DNA of 63,902 nt, filler included, from Octopus bimaculoides (Eukaryota), in NCBI RefSeq assembly GCF_001194135.2. It is 7 parts of 7 records of this genome, joined end to end, with 100 filler letters (N's around TTAATTAATTAA, not from the genome) between each part and the next. Parts side by side here need not be neighbours in the genome. Positions count along the whole stretch, not along the records: positions 1 to 14,129 come from NC_068982.1; 6 more parts are not named here. One strand, given 5' to 3'. The position numbers and the translations under genes were made by a program. Positions 1 to 10,667 of this stretch are shown in pieces. How positions within the stretch are numbered: the first letter of the stretch is position 1; every line of letters begins with the position of its first letter. The notes beneath the pieces were generated by a model, which saw only the letters and a program-made list of their open reading frames with translations, made no database searches and had not been told where the DNA came from.

Positions 1-621
1 GCAGATGTTTATAGCATCAGTAATTACCTACCGCCTGACCGTGGTGCCTTGTCCCGATTTGTGGCTGAACAAGTTGGAGAGAATCCTTTTCCGCTTTTTG
101 TGGAAAGGAGGAAAACCACTTGTAAAGCGCTCTGTCTGCTGCCAGAAACCGCTAAAAGGTGGGCTAGGGATGCCTTGGCTGAGGATGCGAAAACTCGCGT
201 TAAGGTTGAAGCACCTCTGGCTTTACCCGTTCGGTTCTTCCTTCCAAAGTTAGTGTCCTTAACGGACATTGGTACATGGATTAAGCAGAGACATAAGCTG
301 GGAGGCTTGCATTTGGAGTGCCGCCAGGCGCTCCAGCTACTCTCTCGGGCAGGCAATGCCGGCAGCAGGAGTACCACCGCGGATTTTTATAGCGGGTTAG
401 TGGAATCTATGTCAGAAGACACCTTGGGGGAGACCCTAGGCTACGATGAAAGTCAGTTGGTCAGCCTATTTAGGAGAACGTTCGGGCCGAGGTATCTGGA
501 TAATTACCAGAAATCCCTGGCTTGGCAATGTTTCCGAGCGACGTTACCTGTTCGCGACAAGCTGTCAAGGCACGGAAGTGCTGTCTCGCCGACATGTCCG
601 AGATGTGGGCAGGATAGGGAA
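1..621 (+). pseudogene. L1/Tx1-clade non-LTR retrotransposon ORF2 C-terminal fragment (post-RT region plus zf-RVT), frameshifted, runs into gap
   Basis: One frame gives KLERILFRFLWKGGKP...PLKGGLGMP. After a frameshift near 210-250 a second frame gives SLAWQCFRATLPVRDKL...TCPRCGQDRE. These are typical L1/Tx1 ORF2 motifs. Confidence 0.85.
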
Positions 622-1630
622 NNNNNNNNNNNNNNNNNNNNNNNNNNNNNNNNNNNNNNNNNNNNNNNNNNNNNNNNNNNNNNNNNNNNNNNNNNNNNNN
701 NNNNNNNNNNNNNNNNNNNNNNNNNNNNNNNNNNNNNNNNNNNNNNNNNNNNNNNNNNNNNNNNNNNNNNNNNNNNNNNNNNNNNNNNNNNNNNNNNNNN
801 NNNNNNNNNNNNNNNNNNNNNNNNNNNNNNNNNNNNNNNNNNNNNNNNNNNNNNNNNNNNNNNNNNNNNNNNNNNNNNNNNNNNNNNNNNNNNNNNNNNN
901 NNNNNNNNNNNNNNNNNNNNNNNNNNNNNNNNNNNNNNNNNNNNNNNNNNNNNNNNNNNNNNNNNNNNNNNNNNNNNNNNNNNNNNNNNNNNNNNNNNNN
1001 NNNNNNNNNNNNNNNNNNNNNNNNNNNNNNNNNNNNNNNNNNNNNNNNNNNNNNNNNNNNNNNNNNNNNNNNNNNNNNNNNNNNNNNNNNNNNNNNNNNN
1101 NNNNNNNNNNNNNNNNNNNNNNNNNNNNNNNNNNNNNNNNNNNNNNNNNNNNNNNNNNNNNNNNNNNNNNNNNNNNNNNNNNNNNNNNNNNNNNNNNNNN
1201 NNNNNNNNNNNNNNNNNNNNNNNNNNNNNNNNNNNNNNNNNNNNNNNNNNNNNNNNNNNNNNNNNNNNNNNNNNNNNNNNNNNNNNNNNNNNNNNNNNNN
1301 NNNNNNNNNNNNNNNNNNNNNNNNNNNNNNNNNNNNNNNNNNNNNNNNNNNNNNNNNNNNNNNNNNNNNNNNNNNNNNNNNNNNNNNNNNNNNNNNNNNN
1401 NNNNNNNNNNNNNNNNNNNNNNNNNNNNNNNNNNNNNNNNNNNNNNNNNNNNNNNNNNNNNNNNNNNNNNNNNNNNNNNNNNNNNNNNNNNNNNNNNNNN
1501 NNNNNNNNNNNNNNNNNNNNNNNNNNNNNNNNNNNNNNNNNNNNNNNNNNNNNNNNNNNNNNNNNNNNNNNNNNNNNNNNNNNNNNNNNNNNNNNNNNNN
1601 NNNNNNNNNNTATATATATATATATATATA

Positions 1631-1783
1631 TGCGTTCTGGGTTCAAATTCCGCCCAGATCGACTTTGCCTTTCATCCTTTCGGGGTCGATAAATTAAGCA
1701 CCGGTTGTATACTGGGGTCGATCTAACCGACTGCCCCCTTCCTCCCCAATATTTCGAGCCTTGTGCTTTGAGTAGAAAGGAAT
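1631..1783 (+). mobile_element. SINE family B, 5'-truncated
   Basis: GTTCAAATTCCGCC...CCTTTCATCCTTTCGGGGTCGATAAA core shared with more than 10 copies in the window. Confidence 0.85.
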
Positions 1784-2407
1784 ATATGAGATATCCCATC
1801 ATCCATTTAATCTAAGCTCCACTTAGACACTATGGCTTGGTACTATAACCCGTGCAAATAGCCATTGCATCGAAAAATTGACGAATAATTTACCAACTAG
1901 CAGAGAACTTGCGTCCTACAGATCCTGCATAAGGAGTTAAATTTTAGAATTTGAGGTTAACCTAATAGAGATAATCTTTTATTTTCCATCTTTTTTTACT
2001 TGCTGTGTTTGGGGGGATGGAGCAGAACCCATAACTATTACAGCTTCACCGATAGGATAGGTGAAAGAGATGCCGTTAATGTTCCGCTTAAATTATTGCA
2101 GTTGGTTACTACAGGTAATCATCTGCAATAATTTAGTTTTAGTCAGTTATAGTATGTGCTAATTATATTGGCGAGCTGTCCACGAATTATAAGGAAATGT
2201 CTTCGTAAATCGGACACAACCATTCAATTTAATGTTTAGGCCGCAAAATAGCCAATGACAGGTTACGAATCATAGATTAGATACGTCGTAATTATGACTT
2301 AATCCAGTCGCTGTTACTACACAATATTGCTTGCTAGATCAGTTTTACACTGGTGTCAGGGGTTCATCAATTACTGTTTTTGTCAGTAAATTTTTTCATA
2401 AACAGAA

Positions 2408-2584
2408 GGCTTAAGAGTGGCTGTGTGGTAAGTAGCTTGCTTACCAACCACACGGTTCCGGGTTCAGTCCCACTGCGTGGCAGTTTGGGCAAGTGTCTTC
2501 TACTATAGCCTCGGGCTGACCTAAGCCTTGTGAGTAGATTTGGTAGACGGAATCTGAAAGAAGCCCGTCGTATATATGTGTATA

Positions 2585-2627
<43 letters not shown>

Positions 2628-2850
2628 GTGTGTGTATATGTTTGTGTGTTTGTGTTTGTCCCCCCCTCCAACATCGCTTGACAACCGATGCTGGTATATT
2701 TACGTCCCCGTAACCCAGCGGTTCGGCAAAAGGTGCCCGATAGAATAAGTACTAGACTTACAAAGAATAAGTCCTGGGGTTGATTTGCTCGACTAAAGGC
2801 GGTGCTCCAGCATGGCCACAGTCAAATGACTGAAACAACAGAGTAAAAGA
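2408..2850 (+). mobile_element. SINE family A, full length, with internal (TA)/(TG) microsatellite
   Basis: tRNA-like head (TGGCTGTGTGGTAAG A-box, GGTTCAGTCCC B-box) and tail ATGACTGAAACAA..GTAAAAGA. Possible TSD ATAAACA at 2398-2404 and 2853-2859. Confidence 0.9.
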
Positions 2851-3477
2851 AAATAAACAACTCTTATTTGATAGATAATAACAACAATAATAATAATAAT
2901 AATTAATGATGATGATAATGATAATAATAATAACTATCATAATAATAATAATAATAATAACAATCATAATAAGGAAAATTACAAACAAATGAAGTTTACA
3001 AACAAATGAATATAACTATCGTGTTAGTTTGTAATTGCTCGGTAGTGATATATTACATTGTTCTTGGCCGGACGGAAAGAAAATAATTATGTAATTCTTT
3101 ATTGAGATATCACTCCATAATTCAATTTGGACATAATATGAAATTACTCTATCGGTCAATTTAGATGAAAAGTCATTCCTAGATTAGTCATACAAGAATC
3201 AAATTTCATAAATTACAGAATATTGTTCACTTTACTGTCAAAAGTTTCCCCACACTTAGTCTAATATAGATCATAGAGAAGAGAATAATTAAGTCCAATT
3301 CACTATGTACACAGACTTAGAAAGATACTTTCTCAGTTATTTTAACTGTCGGTGTCTGGCTGTATCAATAGAGCGATCTAATCGATTATGTTATCCCTCT
3401 ACATCTGTGATTTTCTGCTTTACTGCAAAGATGGTGAAGTGACAGAAACATTTCCAAGTTCTGAAGTTAACTGCAAT

Positions 3478-3863
3478 TGTTGTTGGCACTCCATCGCTTA
3501 CGACGTCGAGGGTTCCAGTTGATCCGATCAACGGAACAGCCTGCTCGTAAAATTAACGTACAAGTGGCTGAGCACTCCACAGACACGTGTACCCTTAACG
3601 TAGTTCTCGGGTATATTTAGCGTGACACAGTGTGACAAGGCTGACCCTTTGAATAACAGGCATAACAGAAACAGGAAGTAAGAGTGAGAAAAAGTTGTGG
3701 TGAAAGAGTACAGCAGGGTTCGCTACCATCCCCTGCCGGAGCCTCGTGTAGCTTTTAGGTGTTTTCGTTCAATAAACACTCACAACACCCGGTCTGGGAA
3801 TCGAAACCGCGATCCTATGACCGCGAGTGCGCTGCCCTAACAACTGGGCCATTGCGCCTCCAC
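3478..3863 (-). mobile_element. SINE family C, full length
   Basis: Reverse complement of the 6006-6377 copy, with tRNA-like head. 10-bp TSD TA(A/G)CTGCAAT at 3468-3477 and 3864-3873. Confidence 0.9.
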
Positions 3864-4315
3864 TAGCTGCAATATTCGCCAGTTAAATAGCGAGGTGAAG
3901 AAAAGATCACATACACATAAATGTCTACATAAGGTTATCAATAAACTGCAGGAATTTTATTTGAAATGTTTACAAAATAAACGAGGCACATTTTAAACCT
4001 TTCATTTAATCTACTTCTAATTACTTCCTATACCTTTATAAAACATTCCTCATGTAGTTGTGCGTATTATTTAAGCTGCAAATATCGGCTGAGAAATTTG
4101 TGACTCTATATAATTCGCCTTCTCATTAGGAATTCTTAGTAATCTTCATCTCATAAATATTGAAATATTTGATGGTCCTACGTATGGCTTCCAAAACACC
4201 GCGTCTATCACTTATCTGTTGTGTATTGTTGTTGTTTGTTTATTATATCTTGTTTATTTTAATGTCGCTTGTCGCTTGATATAAATTTTTTGGCCTATAT
4301 CTATCTATATTATAT

Positions 4316-4706
4316 GTAGGGAGTGGCTGTGTGGTAAGTAGCTTGCGTACCAGCCACATGGTTCTGGGTTCAGTCCCACTGCGTGGCATCTTGGGCAAGT
4401 GTCTTCTACTATAGCCTCGGGACGACCAAAGCCTTGTGAGTGGATTTGGTAGACGGAAATTGAAAGAAGTCCGTCGTATATATATATATATGTATGTATG
4501 TGTGTGTGTTTCTGTGTTTCTCCCCCCAATATCGCTTGACAACCGATGGTGGTGTGTTTACGTCCCTGTAACTTAGCGGTTCGGCAAAAGAGACCTATAG
4601 AATAAGTACTAGGCTTACAAAGAATAAGTCCTGGGGTCGATTTGCGCTCCACTAAAGGTGGTGCTCCAGCATGGCCGCAGTCAAATGACTGAAACAAGTA
4701 AATGAG
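4316..4706 (+). mobile_element. SINE family A, full length
   Basis: Colinear with 2408-2850 along its whole length. Confidence 0.9.
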
Positions 4707-4859
4707 TATATATATATTTATATATNNNNNNNNNNNNNNNNNNNNNNNNNNNNNNNNNNNNNNNNNNNNNNNNNNNNNNNNNNNNNNNNNNNNNNNNNNN
4801 NNNNNNNNNNNNNNNNNNNNNNNNNNNNNNNNNNNNNNNNNNNNNNNNNNNNNNNNNNN

Positions 4860-4894
<35 letters not shown>

Positions 4895-5327
4895 TAGAGA
4901 GAGAGAGAGTGAGGCATACATAAATAAAAATATGTACATATACATATATGCATATACACATATGTATGCATACACACTTATGTATCTTTAAATATATACA
5001 CTGAGGAACAACGAGTTCTGTCAACCAGGTGTCATTTACAATGAGTTGGTGAACAGAAAACACTTGTTCGAGGTGCCATGAACTCGTTAATCATGCAGTT
5101 ATATTTACACTGATAAGTATACATACATACATTGATACATACATACATGTATACTTACATACGTAAAATGCACGTATTTTATATATAAATCTACATTTAA
5201 ATATATATATATATATTCACACAAACACATATATATATACATCCATACATATATATGCATATATATATATTTATATATCTATGTGTATATATATGTATGA
5301 GTGTGTGCACATGTGTTACAGACTTAA

Positions 5328-5443
5328 CCCTTTGATCTCGCAACACCGGTTTACCGGTGGATGGCTTATTTTCCTCTATACCGTAGCACTACTGTACCAG
5401 TAGAGTCTATCAAATAAGGTTCAGGAATTCAGGGCTCAAATGG
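5328..5443. mobile_element. piggyBac-type MITE (116 bp)
   Basis: TTAA on both sides (5324-5327, 5444-5447); termini CCCTTTGA and TCAAATGG are imperfect inverted repeats. Confidence 0.6.
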
Positions 5444-5762
5444 TTAATTTCAATATTCTGGAATAATAGTAAAATCGATAGAGAGTTGAGGTTATATTTA
5501 ATGTTTTAATGTAACGCTCGAATTTATGTGCATCGGGTAAAATAATTTTTTTCAGTGTGTCCATATTTTTTTCCGACGTCTTCAGATAACAACTAGGGTG
5601 TGATTTTGTATTTTGTTGCCTTACTTAGTAAAGTATTGCACTGCACCAATCGTAAATCGCTAAATATGAATTGAATGAATACATAAGTAAATACACGAAA
5701 TTATATTAGGATGAAAGTAAACAAAGTTTGCTTTAGAAGCGTTAAGATGTATTGGAAGATAA

Positions 5763-5898
5763 ATGTGTCAGCGGCCAGCCATGAGACTCGAACTCACATC
5801 CCTGTGAATACGCGTAGCAGTGCTTTACCTTTAAGCTAAACTGAGACGCGTAATCACAGGTATGTGAATTCGAGTCTCATGACCGGCAGCCGACATAT
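5763..5898. mobile_element. Fold-back element built from a tRNA-like sequence
   Basis: 53-bp inverted arms (5763-5815 / 5846-5898, 8 mismatches). Minus strand reads TAGCTTAAAGGTAAAGC...GAGTTCGAGTC (A-box and B-box like). Confidence 0.65.
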
Positions 5899-6005
5899 TT
5901 TTCTGCAAAATATGGGCAGTTTATCCTGTACATGTTATATTATTGTCATTATCCCGCGTTTGAGAATAATATTATTTCCTTATCTTACAGAATTATATAT
6001 CTAAT

Positions 6006-6377
6006 GTGGAGGCGCAATGGCTTAGTGGTTAGGGCAGCGGACTCGCGGTCATAGGATCGCGGTTTCAATTCGCAGACCGGGCGTTGTGAGTGTTTATTGA
6101 GCGAAAACACCTAAAGCTCCACAAGGCTCCGGCAGGGGATGGTGGCGAACGCTGCTGCACTCTTTCACCACAACTTTCTCTCACTCTTACTTTCTGTTTC
6201 TGTTGTGCCTGTAATTCAAAGAGTCAGCCTTGTTACACTGTGTCACGCTGAATATCCCCAAGAACTACGCTAAGGGTACACGTGTCTGTGAAGTGCTCAG
6301 CCACTTGCACGTTAATTTCACGAGCAGGCTGTTCAACTGGAACCCTCGACGTCGTAAGCGACGGAGTGCCAACAACA
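6006..6377 (+). mobile_element. SINE family C, full length
   Basis: tRNA-like head GGCGCAATGG..AGTGGTTAGGG..GGTTTCAATTC. Perfect 11-bp TSD ATATATCTAAT at 5995-6005 and 6378-6388. Confidence 0.92.
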
Positions 6378-7106
6378 ATATATCTAATAGCAGGAGAAAT
6401 AGTGTTGTTAAGTAATAAAATAATTTATAGGCATTCCAACGAAAAATAAAGAAAATCTTTGTTAGTGTGTTGCTTGCATTTTTAATGCATGGACAATTAA
6501 GAAGCTCAAACTTGTATAAGTTCAGTGATGGCTCCGTTCTCTGCTTCTTATATAAAACTGAAGAGCTATTGTTAGTTTCATTTCCCTGCTAGCTTTCTGC
6601 CGAACATAGAAATATATCTTTGTCATCTTTTAGTGAGTATTATTTGACGATTCCTTTTCATTTCCTCTTATTCTATGTTCTTGCCTTCCTTTTAACGCAA
6701 ATATCTATTATTTTGTGTTCTATGAATAGCTACCATTTTGAATCACTCTGTCTACATATGTATGGAGAATAGCTGGTTGAAATGTAATTTAGAATGTCCA
6801 AGCAAGACTTGTTTGTTTTGACGTGAACCAAGTGATAACACGCATTCTGAACACTTTTCCTGAAACAAGGGAAAAATCTGAATGTAGTTTTAAACTTTTA
6901 GCTCATAGAATCGTAATCTAATACCTTGTGGGAAGTTAAATAAAAGAAACTGTAGTATTCATTGAATTCGTTGCCGTTTTCTTCTCACTGTCTCTGTTTT
7001 GTTAGGATCATTAATCATTGTCTAAACCAAACATCCCACCCTTTTCAGGATATCAAATTACAACCACTGTCCATCGGATTTAAGGCAATTTATGACTGTT
7101 ATTTAG

Positions 7107-7181
7107 TCAAGGCTTCAGTGATTCTATACAGTCTATGGCACGTGGCAAAAGTGCTACGCCAGAAACCGTCATAAATAACAG
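7107..7181 (+). CDS. Candidate internal exon (75 nt, phase 2-2): QGFSDSIQSMARGKSATPETVINN
   Basis: ttatttag acceptor, CAG|gttatg donor, open frame; no recognisable homology. Confidence 0.2.
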
Positions 7182-7365
7182 GTTATGGAAATCAGCTATA
7201 CATATCCCTGCACATACATTGCAAATCCACAAAATTATATCTTTCTTGTAGTTCGTAAATGCATTGTTGTTATAGGTGCGATTAAACATCGGCTACGGTA
7301 AATGAATAAAATCTATTATCCCAAATTGGAGTGCAGTGCATTACATACATATAAATGTGTGTGCA

Positions 7366-7427
<62 letters not shown>

Positions 7428-7523
7428 CCTATTACAGTTCTATATTTAAGAGATGAGAAATTATGTACAATATTCAGCATTATTTACATTTGGCGGATAT
7501 TTGTCCTCATCTTGTTTGTTGTT

Positions 7524-7567
7524 AACACGTTTCGGTTGATATTACCCTCCAGACTTCCTCAGGTATC
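7524..7567 (-). ncRNA. Minimal hammerhead ribozyme, degenerate copy in the left arm
   Basis: Minus strand gatac-CTGAGGA-A-gtctg..caacc-GAAA-cgt-gtt; stems partly eroded. Confidence 0.45.
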
Positions 7568-7620
7568 TTGGGGAAATTTCGAACCAGGGTTCTCATTCCT
7601 AAGGTATTTTTCGATGTTGC

Positions 7621-7674
<54 letters not shown>

Positions 7675-7749
7675 TGTCACTGCCTGGAATCGAACTCAGA
7701 ATCTTGGTGGTAGTAGCCCACGCTGTTAACCACTACGCCATTTTCCGAA

Positions 7750-7795
7750 GACACCTGATGAAGGCTGGTGGGTATATCAACCGAAACGTTGTGTT
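7750..7795 (+). ncRNA. Minimal type I hammerhead ribozyme (Penelope-type)
   Basis: GACAC-CTGATGA-A-GGCTG(10 nt)CAACC-GAAA-CGT-T-GTGTT. Helix I 5 bp, helix II 4 of 5 pairs, palindromic ACGT helix III. Confidence 0.7.
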
Positions 7796-7863
7796 AACAA
7801 CAAACAAGATGAGGACAAATATCCGTCAAATGTAAATAATGTAAATAATGTTTATATATATAT

Positions 7864-7899
<36 letters not shown>

Positions 7900-8248
7900 G
7901 ATATATTTATATATATATGTTTGTGCGTGTGTGTGTCTGTATGTGTGTTTAACATAAAGGCACATGAGGTGCCTACCTGCTAGAAAGAGGAGCTAAAACC
8001 CTCGGTTAAACCAACAATCACACTGAAAAATTCAACACATAACAAAAGTAGTCGGTCGAATGGATAAAGAATTTAAACATACTATAACAGCTTAATGCTA
8101 TATAGTTTGACATTTGGATGCACTTGTAACATTATTTCACGTTCTGGCGAAAAGGCCTTAGCACTCCTCAGCAAGTTTTACTAAGTGAGTGCATGTATTA
8201 AATGATTTTTACCTAAAATGTATGTATTAAATGATTTCAAAATAGATA

Positions 8249-8288
<40 letters not shown>

Positions 8289-8606
8289 GACAGCGAAACG
8301 GGCTGATTACTACCTAGCTCAGATACCAGGAAACCTCAAAATGGCTGAAGTTCAAAAGATAGTGCTCATGGGAACTGCCCATATCCTACGTAAAATACTG
8401 TCTATGTGATCTCAAAGTTTAAAACAAACACATATTTTTCTTATGGTTTCTCAAACATTCTCTAGAACAACACTATGTACAAATCCAAATATATGATACC
8501 CTGGGCATAACACCTACATGAACGTCTAACTTGTTGACTCTTGAGGTCTCTGGGTGAGACTTGGATCCAACTTGTACAAATGCAAAGCAAAAGTCAACCA
8601 TAAAAT
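8289..8606 (+). mobile_element. R4/Dong-type LINE 3' end (ORF C-terminus plus 3' UTR) flanked by (TAA)n tracts
   Basis: 8290-8409 translates to ..QIPGNLKMAEVQKIVLMGTAHILRKILSM*, a typical RLE-LINE C-terminus. (TAA)n at about 8254-8288 and 8607-8649. Confidence 0.75.
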
Positions 8607-8607
8607 G

Positions 8608-8649
<42 letters not shown>

Positions 8650-9160
8650 GCGAGCACAAACGACTTCATGACAATGTGGCAACAATGATCCATTGGGAGC
8701 TCTGTGGAAATCACAGCCTACAAAGAGCAAAGACGTGGTATGAGCGAACTTCAGAAGGAGTTAGCGAAAATGAAAATTGCAAAATCCTGTGGGATGCAAT
8801 TATCCATTGCGTTGACCCGACCAGACATAGGAAACCGGACATTGTTGTGGTGAATAAAAAAGACATGTATGATAAGCGACATAGCATGCCCCGGTGACAA
8901 CAGGATCAATGTGAAAGAAGAAAAGAAAGAAGCAACTATGACGATTTAAAGTCGGAAATACGAACGTTGTGGTCAATGAAGAGAGTAGATGTGATACCAA
9001 CAGTAATTGGTGCACTTGGAAGTATCAGCACTCAACTACCAACATGGCTGAAAAAGATGGGTGCAAGTGTGAAGGTAGAACACCTACAAAAATCAGCATT
9101 GTATGGAACTGCAAGAATTCTTCGCAGGGTTCGATATGGCAAGCTAATTGTCTCGGCTAT
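8650..9160 (+). pseudogene. R4/Dong-type LINE restriction-like endonuclease domain, frameshifted
   Basis: KRLHDNVATMIHWELC..KILWD..RKPDIVVV..DIACPGD..K..YDDLK..IGALG..LQKSALYGTARILRRV. Confidence 0.88.
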
Positions 9161-10064
9161 TGTTTGATCCAGGATTACGACTCCGTCAAAGAGATGAGCT
9201 ATGGAAAAAACGCATCGGATAAAGTGCAACCGAACCTGTTCAAAATCAAGGAAATGTTGGAGTTGTTGCAACTGTCGATGCCTACGTACCGTCAGTAAGA
9301 CTTTCCCACCTTAATGAAGCAGATGATGACAAGAGCACCTGACCAGGTGAACACGTTTCTTCCACAGAAAGTAAAACAGCATGCGGTGCCCTCCAGTCAA
9401 ACAACAGTAGATGACGGGGAGAATGTGGGCATTTACCATCTTTATCTGACATCTCTGAGGAAGTTCCCTAGGTGGTTGCTCTGTTTGTCACTTCATCCCA
9501 GTTCTCTGAAGGATTGGAGCAAATCAGAAACCAATTTAAATGGTCCGTGTATCCACCGCCCCATGATGATATTAGACCGTATGTACCTGCTTCTCAAGAT
9601 GCTGAGCTGTAGTCCCAGTAATTATTTTTAGTATAGGCCCCAATCCAGCAACTTTGAAGTGAGGAGCTCTGCGTATTATAATATAAACCTTAGCACAGGA
9701 CTGATACTCTATTTTAGTAATCCCATGAGCGATGAAATATAATTTTGACTTCGGTGAGATCGAACAATACATCATGTTCTTTGGATGAGCTACTCACCAC
9801 ATACGAATACTTTCAGTCATTTTAAACGGAAATTATTTTGCCTTTTACATTTTACGAAATTTAAAGTCTAGATAGCATATGTTCATGAAGATATTTCAAC
9901 GTAGACGAAAATTTGCCGTCTGGCGTTAGTATTTAGCAACGGATACAAATGAAATTAAAATATCAATTTACTACAACAAACTAGGTGTGATAGGATGCGG
10001 TAGATGGGAACTGGGGAAAAGATGTACAGTGATCTTTGACTTATATTTTCCTGTTACAATTTAG

Positions 10065-10137
10065 AAACAGCTGCTTCATAAAAGTTTTGTATTCACCTTC
10101 AGAAAGCTTAATGATATTGCCGTCAAGATAACTAAAG
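10065..10137 (+). CDS. Candidate exon (73 nt, phase 0-1): KQLLHKSFVFTFRKLNDIAVKITK
   Basis: Good acceptor ttttcctgttacaatttag, weak donor AAG|gttaaa, only one open frame. Confidence 0.25.
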
Positions 10138-10643
10138 GTTAAATGATAAAACTCGTCTGTGGAATATTTTTCTTATCTTTTGCCTTGTGAAAAATTTCAA
10201 TAGATTACTGATTCTGTAGAGTTTGTTTTATTTTCTGTGAATCTATATCCATTTGTACAACGAGTACATTCACAAAAGAAATGCTACTTGCTGATGATAC
10301 TGTGCTGCTGCTAAAATGGTTGCATATATTATTACAGTTGTTTGTTAAAGTCGATAACGGCTTTTGTTATATATCGTCGGAAATGTATAGGGAGATTTTA
10401 GGAGACCTAAAATGTTTAATACTCCATGTTTCAACAGACATAATTTGCCATTGATTCCTTCTCATATATGTTCATGTAATATATTTATCTCACTCACTGT
10501 GATTCTGTCTCATATATATATTTGTATGTATGTGTGTATGTGTGTGTGTATGCGCGTGCGTGCGGGCAACAAAGGAAAGCAAGGGTATTTTCAGTAACAC
10601 TCATGACGAATTCTTGATTTATTAGAATCATTTTCGTTTCCAG

Positions 10644-10667
10644 AGAAGAAAGAATTATTATTTAGAG
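10644..10667 (+). CDS. Candidate micro-exon (24 nt)
   Basis: Acceptor cattttcgtttccag and perfect donor GAG|gtaagt; reading frame ambiguous (KKELLFR or RRKNYYLE). Confidence 0.35.

Larger units (their letters stand above)
7478..7851 (-). mobile_element. Fold-back SINE-like element: tRNA-like head, (AAT)n, hammerhead-containing tail, plus an inverted copy of the tail
   Basis: About 95-bp inverted arms (7478-7575 / 7742-7841). Minus-strand head at 7673-7740: GGCGTAGTGGTTAACAGC...GAGTTCGATTC. Hammerhead core in both arms. Confidence 0.75.

Noticed and set aside
49-1802. Long ORFs of 400-550 aa in the ORF track, and all other X-filled ORFs
   Set aside because: They read through N gaps; only 1-621 has real coding signal
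5568-5590. Minus-strand CTGAAGA-CGTCG-GAAA
   Set aside because: Helix II cannot form (1-nt loop), and helices I and III are absent
6006-6085. tRNA genes at SINE heads (also 2408, 3790, 4316, 7673, 23651, 24190)
   Set aside because: A/B boxes are present but cloverleaves are broken and each continues into a SINE body
9503-9552. Hammerhead-like CTGAAGG...GAAA-CCA..TGGTC
   Set aside because: Core mismatch, extra base before GAAA and no helix I; probably chance
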